Made by a program: the position numbers and the translations under genes. The notes under the pieces were generated by a model. That model saw nothing but the letters and a program-made list of their open reading frames with translations, did no database searches and had not been told where the DNA came from. From NCBI GenBank assembly GCA_020445045.1, contig JAGRHI010000014.1, positions 1 through 45,866 of the forward strand: a stretch of DNA of 45,866 nucleotides, in the 5' to 3' direction. The DNA comes from Candidatus Competibacteraceae bacterium (GTDB lineage: Bacteria > Pseudomonadota > Gammaproteobacteria > Competibacterales > Competibacteraceae). This document shows, one piece after another, positions 1 to 10,417 of the stretch. How positions within the stretch are numbered: position 1 is the first letter of the stretch; every line of letters begins with the position of its first letter.

Positions 1-669
1 ACCCTGCTGCTCAGTTGGCGCCACCTGCCGGAAACCCGGCCGGCGAACACCTCCGGTGACGGCGGAGTCGGCGCGGCCCTGCGCGTCTACGGCGACTTGT
101 TGCGCGACCGGAATTTCATCGGATACGCCCTGAGCGGTGGGTTCGCGCTGGGCGGCATGTTTGCCTACATTACCGGCTCGCCGCATGTCTTCATCGAACT
201 GTACGGCGTGCCGGCGCAATACTACGGCTGGCTGTTCGGACTCAACGCGCTGGGGCTGATCGCCAGCTCGCAGTACAACCGCCGGCTGCTGACACACCAT
301 ACCGCCGACGCGATCCTGCGCCGCGCCAACCGCGTGACCGTGCTGCTGGGGCTGGGGCTGTTGGCGGTCGCGGCCAGCGGCTGGGGTGGCCTACCGATGC
401 TGCTGCTCCCGCTGTTCGGCTATATCGCCAGCCTCGGCTTCACCGGACCCAATGCGATGGCCTGCGCGCTGGCGCATCAGGGCCATCGCGCCGGCAGCGC
501 CTCGGCCCTGATCGGCACGCTGCAATTTGGCGTGGCCACGGTTTCCAGCATGCTGGTCGGCTTGCTGGGCGGCGGCTCGGCGCTCTCGATGGCGGCGGTG
601 ATCGCCGGCTGCGGTGTACTGGCCTACGGCGCGCATCGGCTGCTGGTCGGGGATGGGATGCCCGAATGA
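1..669 (+). CDS. Bcr/CflA-family MFS drug-resistance efflux transporter, 5' end outside window
   Basis: Frame open from base 1 ([14 protein letters not shown]...). Contains the LPET loop, [17 protein letters not shown] and [14 protein letters not shown] motifs typical of Bcr/CflA, with multiple TM helices. Confidence 0.85.
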   Translation, partial: TLLLSWRHLPETRPANTSGDGGVGAALRVYGDLLRDRNFIGYALSGGFALGGMFAYITGSPHVFIELYGVPAQYYGWLFGLNALGLIASSQYNRRLLTHHTADAILRRANRVTVLLGLGLLAVAASGWGGLPMLLLPLFGYIASLGFTGPNAMACALAHQGHRAGSASALIGTLQFGVATVSSMLVGLLGGGSALSMAAVIAGCGVLAYGAHRLLVGDGMPE

Positions 670-703
670 CCAAACCCTTGCGGACCCTTCATGGAGATTG
701 CTC

Positions 704-1156
704 TTGAAAATCTGGATCGACGCGGACGCCTGTCCGGCTCCGGTGAAAATCATCGTGTTCCGCGCCTCGCAACGGGTCGGCATAGCGGTCACCCTGGTCG
801 CCAACCAACGACTGCAAACGCCGCCTTCGCCTCTGATCACGGCGGTGCAGGTCAGCCAGGGCTTCGACGAGGCCGATGATTACATCGTGCAACAGGCCAT
901 CGCCAGCGACCTGGTCATCACCGCCGACATCCCGCTGGCGGCACGCCTGGTGGAGCGAGGCGTGCCGGCGCTCAACCCACGCGGCGAGCTGTACACTCAG
1001 GACAACGTGCGGGAACGGCTGGCCCTGCGCAACCTCAAGGAAGAATTGCGCGCGGCGGGCACCCTGACCGGTGGTCCACCGCCTTACAACGACCGCGACA
1101 AGCAGGCGTTCGCCAACGGCCTGGATCGCTGGCTGGCACGCCACCGGGCTCGCTAG
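704..1156 (+). CDS. YaiI/YqxD (DUF188, PIN-like) family protein
   Basis: [11 protein letters not shown] start, [17 protein letters not shown] and NPRGELYT motifs. TTG start at 704 with GGAG at 693-696. Confidence 0.88.
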   Translation: MKIWIDADACPAPVKIIVFRASQRVGIAVTLVANQRLQTPPSPLITAVQVSQGFDEADDYIVQQAIASDLVITADIPLAARLVERGVPALNPRGELYTQDNVRERLALRNLKEELRAAGTLTGGPPPYNDRDKQAFANGLDRWLARHRAR

Positions 1157-2397
1157 CGGGTTTTCCCCATCCGTCCATGCCCCAGCAGCAGCCATATCCA
1201 GGTCATCGACTGTCCCGCCAGCACCAGCCCGAATGCCCAACGGTAGCCGCCAGCGGCGTAGCCGCCGCCCGCCAGTGGCCAGTGATTGACAATCGCGCCC
1301 ATGCCCCACTGCCCGGCGAAGGCCGCCACGAACACCAGCAGATTCAGCGCCGTGTTGACTCGTCCCGACAACGCCAGGGGAAAGGACTGCGACAACACCG
1401 CATAGCTCAACACCCCGCTGGTGCCGAAGAACCCGAACGATATCCACAATGGCAACAGCGGCCCCCAATCGAGCAGAATCGCCAATTGCACCCCCATGAA
1501 CAGCGCCATCCCACTGGCTGACACCGCCAGCGGCGGGATACCGTGGCGAGTCAAGCGATAAGCCAGTTGCCCCATGCCCAGAAAGCCCGCCACCATCGCC
1601 ACCGCCACCCAAAACAGACAATTCGCCGCCGCCAGCTTATCCAAACCGGACACGTCGCGCAGCCACGGACCGGCCCACAAACCCTGGATCGCCAGGAACG
1701 AGGATTGCGACAACACCGCGCCCGGCGCGATCCGCCAGAACACCGGACTGCGGAATAGACCCGCCATCTCCCGCCATTGCGTTCGCCAATCGCCGGCCAC
1801 CGCCTCGCCGCCGTCCCGCTCCGGTACCGCCAGCAGCAGAGTGACCGCGACCAGGAAACTCAAACCCGCCAGCACGACGAACAAGCCGCGCCAGTCGGTC
1901 AGCTTCAGCGCGGCTTCCACCGGCGCGGTGGCGACCAACGCCCCCAAGCCGCCGGCCGCCAGCACCCAGCCGTTGACCGCCGGCAATCGCGCGGCCGGAA
2001 ACCACAATACGAAGGCTTTGAAGCTGGCCATCAGGCAAGCCGATACGCCCAAGCCGATCAAACCCCGCCCCACGATCAACGCCAGCGCGCTGTCGCTGAC
2101 CGCGAACAACCCGGCGCCGGCCGCCGCGAACAACAGCAGCGCCGCCTCCACCCGGCGTGGCCCGAACCGGTCCAACAGCATGCCGAGCGGCAGTTGAAAC
2201 GCGGCGAAGGTCAGGAAATAGACACTGGTCAGCAGGCCGAGATCGGTGGCGTCCAGCCGTAACTCGGCTACCAGATAAGGCGACAGCACCGCGTTGATGG
2301 TGCGGTACAGATAGGACAGGAAATAACCGGCGGCGAACGGCAGGAAAATCCGCGCCACCACGGCTTGGGCGGACCCCATCGCCATCGCTCCGCTCAT
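1153..2397 (-). CDS. MFS transporter
   Basis: About 12 hydrophobic segments and MFS motif A ([12 protein letters not shown]). The ATG at 2397 was chosen to avoid overlap with the TPMT gene. Confidence 0.85.
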   Translation of the reverse strand: MSGAMAMGSAQAVVARIFLPFAAGYFLSYLYRTINAVLSPYLVAELRLDATDLGLLTSVYFLTFAAFQLPLGMLLDRFGPRRVEAALLLFAAAGAGLFAVSDSALALIVGRGLIGLGVSACLMASFKAFVLWFPAARLPAVNGWVLAAGGLGALVATAPVEAALKLTDWRGLFVVLAGLSFLVAVTLLLAVPERDGGEAVAGDWRTQWREMAGLFRSPVFWRIAPGAVLSQSSFLAIQGLWAGPWLRDVSGLDKLAAANCLFWVAVAMVAGFLGMGQLAYRLTRHGIPPLAVSASGMALFMGVQLAILLDWGPLLPLWISFGFFGTSGVLSYAVLSQSFPLALSGRVNTALNLLVFVAAFAGQWGMGAIVNHWPLAGGGYAAGGYRWAFGLVLAGQSMTWIWLLLGHGRMGKTR

Positions 2398-2417
2398 GAC
2401 CTGGGTTCCGGCGCGGT

Positions 2418-3077
2418 CTATCGATGCGGAGATAATCGATAGACCCGCTCCAACAGCCAAGTCAAACCACGTTCCCGCCAACGCGATGTCTCCGCCAAGG
2501 CATCGCGGGTGTAGAGCAATTCCACTTCATGAGTGGCCTGGTACAGCGTCCGCACCTCCGCCTCGCCGACCGCGAACGGCGGCCCCGCCAATACACTCTG
2601 GTCATACTCCAGGGTCACCAGCAGCACCCGCGTCCCCACCGGCAGGATCGTATCGAGATGGCGGGCGTAGCGCGCGCGCATCGGCGGCGGCAACGCGATC
2701 AACGACGCCCGATCGTAAATCCCGGCGGCGCCGGCCAGATGATGGGGTTCCAGGTCGAAAAAATCGCCGAGCAGAATACGGATCTCATCGACTTCCCAGA
2801 TCTCGAACGCCCCTTCTCGCCAGTGTCGCGGCTTCAGCCCGTTCTCGGCGAAAAACGCCTCGACCGCGAGCCGGCTGATTTCCACGCCGGTCACCGGATG
2901 GCCTTCGCCGGCCAGCCACAGCAGATCGCGGCTCTTGCCGCATAGCGGGGCGAACACCCGCTGACCGGGACGCAGGCCAAGCTGGGTCCAGAATTGCTGG
3001 AGATGAACGTTGATGTCCTGTTGGTGAAAACCGATCTCGCTTCGCTCCCAGCGTTCGTGCCAAAAACTCGGTTCCAT
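2418..3077 (-). CDS. tpm: Thiopurine S-methyltransferase
   Basis: FWHERW..IGFHQ, RVFAPLCGKSRD, GDFFDL, YDRASLIALP and GPPF motifs. Confidence 0.92.
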   Translation of the reverse strand: MEPSFWHERWERSEIGFHQQDINVHLQQFWTQLGLRPGQRVFAPLCGKSRDLLWLAGEGHPVTGVEISRLAVEAFFAENGLKPRHWREGAFEIWEVDEIRILLGDFFDLEPHHLAGAAGIYDRASLIALPPPMRARYARHLDTILPVGTRVLLVTLEYDQSVLAGPPFAVGEAEVRTLYQATHEVELLYTRDALAETSRWRERGLTWLLERVYRLSPHR

Positions 3078-3110
3078 GGTCGTGCATCCACGGTTGGGTG
3101 AAAATGAAAG

Positions 3111-4571
3111 TCAGCCCGGCCACCAGGCGCGGGAAGTGAACAGCGCGCCAGCGCCCAGCAACAGATAACGCAGGTCCTTGCCGGTGCCGCGCTGGCAGGT
3201 GTAGAAAACGTCGCTCATCAGCCGCGTCTCGCGGGGCACGCCGGCCGGCAAGATCAATTGCGCGGGACCGATCAACCCGGCGGGCGCCCGATCGGCGAGC
3301 CGCTCCCAGTCCTCCCGTCGGCTGTCGGCCTGCTCCGGGGTCGGCGGCTCCGCGCCCACCAGCCGCAGATCGCCGCTCACCACCGCCAGCAGACGCGGCA
3401 GGTGGCGCAGCAATGGAATCGAGGTCATCCACTCCATGGCGACGAACACCCGCCGCCGGCGCACGCCGAATTCGTCGAATTCCAGGCGATTGCCGCGCAG
3501 CCGGGTCTCGCGCAGGGGGTCGTCGAAATTCTCGACCAGCGCGGCGACCAACGCCAGCGGCCACAACGGCAGCGACAGCAGCAGCAGCAGCAACCCCAAC
3601 AAGCGGTCGAACGGCGCGGCCAGCACGTCGCCCGGCCTCGCTTCGCGCTGGCTGGCCGGCAGGAAAGTTTCGATCACTGGCAGCACCGCCCCAGTATCGA
3701 CCTGGATCAGTCGATTGCCTTGGATGATGGCGTTCCGTACCTCCAACCGCTCACCGATGTAGGTATCCGACAATACCACGCTGTCGCGCAGGCTGGCATG
3801 ACGATCCACGGTCACCCGGTTGGCGATCACCACCTCGCCGTACAACCCGGCGCTGGCTTCGACCCGGCAGTTCTCGCCGACGAAGGCGACCCCCTGCCCC
3901 GGACCGCGCGGCGACACCCTGGAGCAGGGTCCCACGGTCAGCCCCGGCGCCACCTGCTGGCCCGGCACGATCAGGCCCGGAAAGCGGCCGGCGGCGGCGT
4001 CGAGGTTGGCTCGATGGTAGGCACGCGGCGATTCCAGTCGATTCAGGGCGGCGCCGGGCAATTCCACCACCGGCCAGGTGGGCGGCATCTCAACCGGTTC
4101 GGCGGACCAGCGCAGCGGCTCCAGCCCACCCCGGCCACCGGCCCGGTGCAGGCACAGGCTCAGGGGCGCATGCGCCGCCCGGCCGTATACCACCGGACCG
4201 GTCACCTCGGCCGCCAAGCGCAGAAACTCGCCCAACGCCGCGCCGTGCAGCACATCGCCCCGCAAGGCGAGCAGCTCGTCGGCCAATGGAGACTGGCAAC
4301 GTTCCACCACCGCATCCGGGTCTTCCTCGCCGCAGGTCAGGACGTAATGCAACCGTATCCCCCAGCGGCCACCGTCGCCCAGCGCCAACCGCAGTGGGTC
4401 GGCGAAGGGCGAAACCGCCACCACCGCCTCGCTCAGGCCGGCGGCACCCAGCGCTTCCAGCGTGTGCTCCAGCACTGGTTTGCCCGTCACCGGCAACAGC
4501 GCGGCGCAGGTCCGGTCGGTCAGCGGTTCCAGTTCCCGGCCCAGCCGGTCGGCGAAAATCAACGCTTGCAT
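3111..4571 (-). CDS. Nucleotidyltransferase-like + left-handed beta-helix + bacterial sugar transferase-like fusion protein (both active sites look degenerate)
   Basis: N-terminal LEPLTD..LLPVTGKPVLEH, hexapeptide-like middle region, a TM segment, then C-terminal LPRLLAVVSGDLRLVG and AGLIGPAQ. GAGGAG RBS upstream. Confidence 0.7.
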   Translation of the reverse strand: MQALIFADRLGRELEPLTDRTCAALLPVTGKPVLEHTLEALGAAGLSEAVVAVSPFADPLRLALGDGGRWGIRLHYVLTCGEEDPDAVVERCQSPLADELLALRGDVLHGAALGEFLRLAAEVTGPVVYGRAAHAPLSLCLHRAGGRGGLEPLRWSAEPVEMPPTWPVVELPGAALNRLESPRAYHRANLDAAAGRFPGLIVPGQQVAPGLTVGPCSRVSPRGPGQGVAFVGENCRVEASAGLYGEVVIANRVTVDRHASLRDSVVLSDTYIGERLEVRNAIIQGNRLIQVDTGAVLPVIETFLPASQREARPGDVLAAPFDRLLGLLLLLLSLPLWPLALVAALVENFDDPLRETRLRGNRLEFDEFGVRRRRVFVAMEWMTSIPLLRHLPRLLAVVSGDLRLVGAEPPTPEQADSRREDWERLADRAPAGLIGPAQLILPAGVPRETRLMSDVFYTCQRGTGKDLRYLLLGAGALFTSRAWWPG

Positions 4572-4616
4572 GGTCAGTAGGCTCCTCGCTGCTCCAGCAG
4601 CACGGTCGGCATGGGC

Positions 4617-5405
4617 TCAAGAGGAAAAGGGCAACGAGCAGGAGGGAAATTGGGTCCAGCACCAACCTTGCCAACGCCAATCCTGGCCTTCCGCCGCCAA
4701 GGCTCCTCGCCAACCGGCATCCAGCGGGAGGTTCAACACGCTCCATTCCCGGCCCGAGGCATCCCGCAGACCGACCCGACCATCCGGCAACTGATCGTCC
4801 GGGAAACAAACCTCCAGGTTTCGCAAACCGCTCGCCAAACCGCCGCCCAGCGCCTTGGCGATCGCTTCCTTACGGGTCCAGCAGCTAAAAAAGGCTTCCC
4901 GGAATCGTTCCGCCGGCAGCGCCTGAAACGCCGCCCACTCGCGCGGCGTGCACACACGTTCGGCCACTGACGCATCGCGCACCACCCGATTCAGGCACTC
5001 CAAATCCACGCCCACCTCGCGGCGGGCTATCGCATACAACGCTCGCTGGCCGCTGTGCGACAGGTTGAAACGCAGATCCGCGCCGGCATCCTCGCCCGCC
5101 AGCAGCGGCTTGCCGCGCGGTCCACAAGCGAAACGCAGCGCCATCGCGGGCCGACTCAGATACACGCCCAGCAGTGCCCGCAGCAGGCCGCGGCCGACGA
5201 TAAAGCGATCGCGGTGCGCGGGAAAGTGAAACCGCGCCGCCCGCTCTCGCTCGTCCGCCGTCAGCGTCGCCGCCAGTTGTGCCAGGGACCCCGGCGACCG
5301 ATCCAGATCCGCCAGCCACAGATGAATGCCGTCGGCGCTCAGCACCGGTTTCCAGCCATCGGCGGGCGCCTCCGGCCAAGTTGGCGCAATCGTCCTATCG
5401 TTCAT
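4617..5405 (-). CDS. Sfp-type 4'-phosphopantetheinyl transferase
   Basis: GKP, FNLSHS, VGVDLE and WTRKEAIAKALG motifs. Confidence 0.92.
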   Translation of the reverse strand: MNDRTIAPTWPEAPADGWKPVLSADGIHLWLADLDRSPGSLAQLAATLTADERERAARFHFPAHRDRFIVGRGLLRALLGVYLSRPAMALRFACGPRGKPLLAGEDAGADLRFNLSHSGQRALYAIARREVGVDLECLNRVVRDASVAERVCTPREWAAFQALPAERFREAFFSCWTRKEAIAKALGGGLASGLRNLEVCFPDDQLPDGRVGLRDASGREWSVLNLPLDAGWRGALAAEGQDWRWQGWCWTQFPSCSLPFSS

Positions 5406-5463
5406 CGGCGCGCGCGGTTAGAGTAAGCGCCGATTTGGTCACCGACCTCAGGGGAAACACCGC

Positions 5464-5868
5464 ATGTGCCATACCATCGACATCAAGGTACGAGGTTATC
5501 ATCTCGACCTGTTCCGCCACGTCAACAACGCCCGTTATCTGGAATTTCTGGAGGAAGCCCGCTGGAATCTGCTGGAAAGCCGGGGCAACATGGATCTCCT
5601 CGAACAGCACGGTTACACCTTCGCCGTCGTCAACATCAACATCAACTACCGCCGCGCCGCCTTCATGGGCGAAATCCTGCAAATCGCCACCTCGATGAAA
5701 ACCATCGGGACCCGTAGTTGCGTGATGCACCAACGGGTCACTCTCAAGGGCAGCGATACCGTGGTCGCCGACGCCGACGTCACCTTCGTCATCGTCGACA
5801 CCCACACCGAAAAGGCCGCGCCGCTGGAGGGCGAATTGCGAGCGGCGATAGAACGGCTGGCGGCTTGA
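5464..5868 (+). CDS. YbgC/FadM (YbaW) family acyl-CoA thioesterase, hot-dog fold
   Basis: KVRGYHLDLFRHVNNARYLEFLEEARW signature. Confidence 0.9.
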   Translation: MCHTIDIKVRGYHLDLFRHVNNARYLEFLEEARWNLLESRGNMDLLEQHGYTFAVVNININYRRAAFMGEILQIATSMKTIGTRSCVMHQRVTLKGSDTVVADADVTFVIVDTHTEKAAPLEGELRAAIERLAA

Positions 5869-5881
5869 GCGCGGGCGCGGC

Positions 5882-6856
5882 TCATCCTTCACGACCACCC
5901 TCCCAGCGCCAGGCATGGGCAACGAGGGTCGCCAGCTCCGCGTAACGCGGGCTCCACCCCAGTTCGGCCCGTGCCCGCCTGGAATCGGCCACCAGCCGCG
6001 CCGGATCGCCCGGCCGGCGCTCGCCGTACACCACCGGAATCTCGCGGCCAGTGACGGCGCGGGCGGTTTCGATCACGTCCCGCACCGAGAAGCCGTTGCC
6101 GTTGCCGAGGTTGAAAGCGGCGCCGCCAGCCCCGTCCCACAACCGTTGCAGCGCCAGTAGATGCGCCTCGCACAGATCGCTCACATGGATGTAGTCACGG
6201 ATGCAGGTGCCGTCCGGTGTGTCGTAGTCGGTGCCGAACACGGTGATGTTCGCCCGCCGGCCGGCGGCGGCTTGCAACACCAGCGGAATCAGATGAGTCT
6301 CCGGCTCATGGCGCTCACCCAGTTCGCCGTCGGGATCGGCGCCGGCGGCATTGAAGTAGCGCAGGCACACCGCCTTCAATCCGTAAGCCACCTCGTAATC
6401 CGACAGCATCTGCTCGACCATCCACTTGCCGCGTCCGTAGGGGTTGACGGGATTTTTGGGATGATTCTCGTCGATGGGCGTCCGCGACGGTTCGCCGAAA
6501 ATCGCCGCCGTGGACGAAAAGATGAAGTGGTTGACCCGGTGCGAGACCATCGCATCCAGCAGATACTGGGTCTTGAACACGTTGTTGAGGTAATACTTGG
6601 CCGGCTCGCGCACCGATTCACCGACCTGGATATGGGAGGCGAAATGCAGCACGCCGTCGAAGCGCGTGGTTCCGAGCAGCTCATCCAGCAGGTCCCGCTC
6701 GCCCAGATCCCCCAATACGAAGCGCCCGCCCTTGATCGCGTCACGGTGGCCGGCGGACAGATTGTCCAACACCGTCACCTCGAACCCCCGCTGGCAGAGC
6801 AGCTTGACCATGTGGGAACCGATATAACCCGCTCCGCCGACCACGAGCACGCGCAT
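5882..6856 (-). CDS. galE: UDP-glucose 4-epimerase
   Basis: GGAGYIGSH, FSSTAA, YGRGK, LRYFNAAGA and DGTCIRDYIHV motifs. Confidence 0.95.
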   Translation of the reverse strand: MRVLVVGGAGYIGSHMVKLLCQRGFEVTVLDNLSAGHRDAIKGGRFVLGDLGERDLLDELLGTTRFDGVLHFASHIQVGESVREPAKYYLNNVFKTQYLLDAMVSHRVNHFIFSSTAAIFGEPSRTPIDENHPKNPVNPYGRGKWMVEQMLSDYEVAYGLKAVCLRYFNAAGADPDGELGERHEPETHLIPLVLQAAAGRRANITVFGTDYDTPDGTCIRDYIHVSDLCEAHLLALQRLWDGAGGAAFNLGNGNGFSVRDVIETARAVTGREIPVVYGERRPGDPARLVADSRRARAELGWSPRYAELATLVAHAWRWEGGREG

Positions 6857-7222
6857 GGGGATTTTTCCTCTGTTTTCGATACTTACAGGTTAATCAATGT
6901 GGCGTTCCCGTACCGACCACCCTGTGACTGGGATACATGGAATCACTGGATCACCAATCGCGGCACACTCTGGACAGGTTCATCGGCAGGAGGATCGAGA
7001 GAAAAGCGGCATGAAACGTCGCCGGCGCGCCCCTTGGCACTTGGCGCCCGAACAGGATCAGGGCCGCGAACGAGCACGATCGGTCTCGCAACCCGAACGG
7101 CGACGAATAAGCGGCCCTGCTTCAAGCACTGCGGTAGATTCGCTCAAGCCAGCTCCGCAAGGTAAGCGAGGTCAAGTTCACATCCGGCATTTTTCCGGGC
7201 GGTCCTGCTCGCCGTCGACGGT

Positions 7223-8239
7223 CTAGGCACTTCGCTCGCGGTGCAGGCGCAGCAAGCGCTCCATCAACTGTTCGATCTCGGCTTCCAGCGCGATCTTCTC
7301 CTGTTCCGCCTGACGATCGCGCGCCGCCAGCTTTTCTTCCAGCTGCTGGCGTTCCCGCTGGGCCTGTTCCACTTGCCGGCGCAACTCGCGCATCTCCTGA
7401 TCCGCAAGATCGACCAACTCGGACGAGGGGATATCGACACCCGCCGTCGTCACCTGCTCCCGCAATACCCGGCGCTCGGCCTGCAACCGCTCCAACTGCT
7501 CCCGCATCGCCTGACGTTCTTCTTCCCAAGCCAACCGCTGCTGGTCCAATTCCCGCGCCGCCGCCGCCTTGATCTGTTCCGCCAAACGCTGACTGTCCGG
7601 CGACAGGCTGTAACCGCTGTGACTAGCTCGTGCTTTCTGCAGCGACAGATTGTCTTCCAAGGTATTCACCTGGATCTGCAAAGCCAGTCGCTCGCGCTCC
7701 CACGTCTCCTGTTGCTGCTCCAAGCGCTCGTCCAGCGCCGCCTTATCCTGCCGCAGCACCCGTAACTGTTCCTCGAACTGACCGTTATGTAGCAGCAGGC
7801 TTTGTCGCTCGCGCTCCCATTGTTCGCTGTCCCGCGCGAAACGGTCCTGCAGCGCCGCTTGCTCCCGTTCGAGACGTTCAATGGTACCGCGCAGCTTGGT
7901 GACCTCGCGCAGATGGGTTTGCCGCTGCTGGTCGCGATCGGCTTGCAGATCGGCGCATTGCCGCTCCAGTGCGGCATAACGCTCGCGTTCCTGCTCCAGA
8001 TCGCTTTCGAACCGCTGCTGCTGCTGTTGCTGCTGTTGGCGGACCTGGTAAGTCGTCGTCCGCTCATTCTGCAAGGCACCTTGCAGTTCGCCGTATCTTG
8101 TCTGGCCGTCGGCGAGCTCCGTTTGGGCCTGCGTCAGATCCCGCCGCAAGATTCGGTAGGGCAACTGATAGATCGCCATGCCACCGACCACCAAGCCGAT
8201 CACCGCTCCAATAATCAGATATATCATGATGTCCGTCAT
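7223..8239 (-). CDS. Membrane-anchored coiled-coil protein of unknown function
   Basis: N-terminal TM helix (IMIYLIIGAVIGLVVGGMAIY) followed by about 300 aa of E/Q/R-rich heptads including Q8. Start could instead be 8257 or 8266. Confidence 0.7.
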   Translation of the reverse strand: MTDIMIYLIIGAVIGLVVGGMAIYQLPYRILRRDLTQAQTELADGQTRYGELQGALQNERTTTYQVRQQQQQQQQRFESDLEQERERYAALERQCADLQADRDQQRQTHLREVTKLRGTIERLEREQAALQDRFARDSEQWERERQSLLLHNGQFEEQLRVLRQDKAALDERLEQQQETWERERLALQIQVNTLEDNLSLQKARASHSGYSLSPDSQRLAEQIKAAAARELDQQRLAWEEERQAMREQLERLQAERRVLREQVTTAGVDIPSSELVDLADQEMRELRRQVEQAQRERQQLEEKLAARDRQAEQEKIALEAEIEQLMERLLRLHRERSA

Positions 8240-8308
8240 AACCGCTTCGCCCGCCATGGTGTGCATGGACGCATCCCCGACTGGTTTCGGCGCGGGGCAC
8301 CCGCCTTT

Positions 8309-9418
8309 TCAACGCAGCACATACGCCAGTACCGACGCGCCAACGCCGGCCGCCGCCGCCCACCCCGCCGCCTGATGAATGCGCTGTCGCAGGTCGCGCT
8401 GGGCGTCCGCCCACAACTGGCGTGTCGTTCGTTCGGCCGCCGCCACCGCCGCGTCGGCTTGATCGACGGCCGCTTGGGTGGCCGCCGCCTCCGCGGCCAC
8501 GGTTGCTCGCGACACCACCTCCCGCGCCACGTCCTCCGCCGCTTCGCGGGCATCCGCGCCGGCTTTTTGCGTGGCTTCGGCAAACCGCAGGCTCAGTTGC
8601 CGCACCAACCGGTTGGACAGATCGTGTAGTTGGTGCTGGCATACCTGACCCGCCACCTCCCGTGCCAGCTCTTCAAAACCGGCTCGCGCTTCGCGTCGAT
8701 AGGTCTCCAGCCGCTGCTCCATCAACGGCAGCATCTGCGCTCGCAGCGCGGCTTCGCTGGGTTGGACTTCGCGCGGTTCCGGCGGCTGCCATGCCGCCAG
8801 TTGTTCCGCGCAAACATGGCTTGCGATCCGGCCGCAGGTTTCCTGCTGGCTGGTTTCCATGTCCTGCCGCAGTTTGGCGACCACGTCGTTGATCAGCGGC
8901 AGCACCTGCGTCTCGATCGCCTCGTAGAACACTTGTTCGGCTTTTTCGAGGGCGATCGCGCCGACCTGGTCGACCGTCACGCCTTCGGCGGTCGGCGTTG
9001 CCGCAACCGGTTCCGGCGAGCTGGGCGGAGGGAGGTTGGCGGCATCGAACAGCGCATTAAACCGTTCGAGAATCGTGCCGAGGGTTTCGGGTATCGCTGG
9101 CTTGCTCAGTACACCGACGGCGCCGGCCGCCTGGGCTTCATCCTGATAGGAAGGTTCGTCCTTCGACGTATACATAGCTACCGGAATTGAGGCGGTGGCG
9201 GGGCTGCTTTTGATCTGTCGCACGGCCGTGAGACCATCCATGCAGGGCATGGTATGGTCCATGAAGATCGCATCCGGCCGTCGGTCGCGCAGATAGCTCA
9301 GCGCCTCCTCCGCCGAATCCACGGTATCCACGGTCATGCCGAAACCCTGCAACATCTTGCGCAACATCAGTCGCGCTGACTTGGAGTCATCTACAACAAG
9401 AACATGTCGGACTGGCAT
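8309..9418 (-). CDS. Response regulator: receiver domain plus helical tail and hydrophobic C-terminus
   Basis: VLVVDDS, FMDHTMP, YTS and SKP receiver motifs are intact. No DNA-binding domain is recognisable. Confidence 0.85.
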   Translation of the reverse strand: MPVRHVLVVDDSKSARLMLRKMLQGFGMTVDTVDSAEEALSYLRDRRPDAIFMDHTMPCMDGLTAVRQIKSSPATASIPVAMYTSKDEPSYQDEAQAAGAVGVLSKPAIPETLGTILERFNALFDAANLPPPSSPEPVAATPTAEGVTVDQVGAIALEKAEQVFYEAIETQVLPLINDVVAKLRQDMETSQQETCGRIASHVCAEQLAAWQPPEPREVQPSEAALRAQMLPLMEQRLETYRREARAGFEELAREVAGQVCQHQLHDLSNRLVRQLSLRFAEATQKAGADAREAAEDVAREVVSRATVAAEAAATQAAVDQADAAVAAAERTTRQLWADAQRDLRQRIHQAAGWAAAAGVGASVLAYVLR

Positions 9419-9924
9419 GGACCCCCCTGTTTTTTTTGTGCAGATTAACAGGATTTCCTCAAGTTAAGAACGATTCTAGCCGAATCGACGATGCTTACGC
9501 GGGGCATTGACGTAGCGTCCTGTAAAACCGGTCATCCATGACGATGGCGCGATACACCACGAACGTCGCGAAGGACGCAACACGCCACATCGCCCTCTCG
9601 ACCGCCTCGGACGGTCGAGCCTATTCAACTCCGACCACATGAAAACGTGCGTGGTGTAAACGGGAAACGACGCCTGACCGAACGACACCAGCGCATAGCT
9701 CAGCCTTTTCTCTCGCCCCGGCCCAGTTTGAGTTCAAGCAAGACAAAATCGACAGGCAATAAAAATGCCGACCCCGCGATAAACAGCTAGTATCGGAGCC
9801 GAAGCAGCCTCTTGACCATACCGGACATGACGGCGGGTGGACCGTGGAGTTCGCCGCTTGCCGGACCGAGAGCAAAACCGGCCAAAATGCATGCCGGAGC
9901 GATAGGCAACAGATGTCACAAAAT

Positions 9925-10410
9925 GTCCATTCCTGACCCGGACGGACAGCGGTGGTCCTGTCGGACACCACGGCGTACCGCAAGATTCAGCGCTTCATCG
10001 CGGCCCGGCTACCGCGGTTGAACGCACTCTGCGGGGTGCGCTGGAAGCGAGCGCCGGCTCACACCGCGATCCGCCCATCCTACAGGGATTGAACCCGGCC
10101 GCCGTCGAGGTGGCCTTTCGGGGTCACGCGGCGGTGCTGGCCGGACCGAGCGATGGGCTGACCGGCGTCGCGCTGGATGGCAAAACCTTGCGCGGCGGTT
10201 TTGATCGGTTCCAGGATCAGAAGACGCTGCAAGTCCTCAGCGCCCTGACCACGGACCAGGACGTTGATCCTGGGGCATGTAGCTGGATCGGCGCCGCCGG
10301 CAAGTCCCATGAAATTCCAGTGGCCCAGCAACTCATTAACGAACTCGGTCTATCCAGACGGCTGTTCACCCTCGACGCGCTGCACGGCCAAAGAAACAAG
10401 CGTCGAACAG
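9925..10410 (+). pseudogene. ISAs1-family transposase remnant (frameshifted, truncated)
   Basis: Pieces in different frames read IPDP, AYRKIQRFI..RWKRAPAHTAIR, VALDGKTLRG, ILGHV, KSHEIPVAQQLI and FTLDALH. Frameshift near 10075. Confidence 0.85.
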
Positions 10411-10417
10411 TCCTGGG

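Noticed and set aside
6857-7222. Intergenic region with possible ORF 7011-7226 (MKRRRRAPWH...) or an ncRNA
   Set aside because: No recognisable motif or RNA structure, and the GGAGG lies too far from the ATG. Cannot be supported.
8014-8038. CAG/CAA tract as a phase-variation switch
   Set aside because: It is an interrupted in-frame triplet repeat, so length changes would not shift the frame.
9419-9924. 500-bp gap with short ORFs (9476-9688, 9621-9983)
   Set aside because: No protein-like features. Probably promoter DNA and IS flank.
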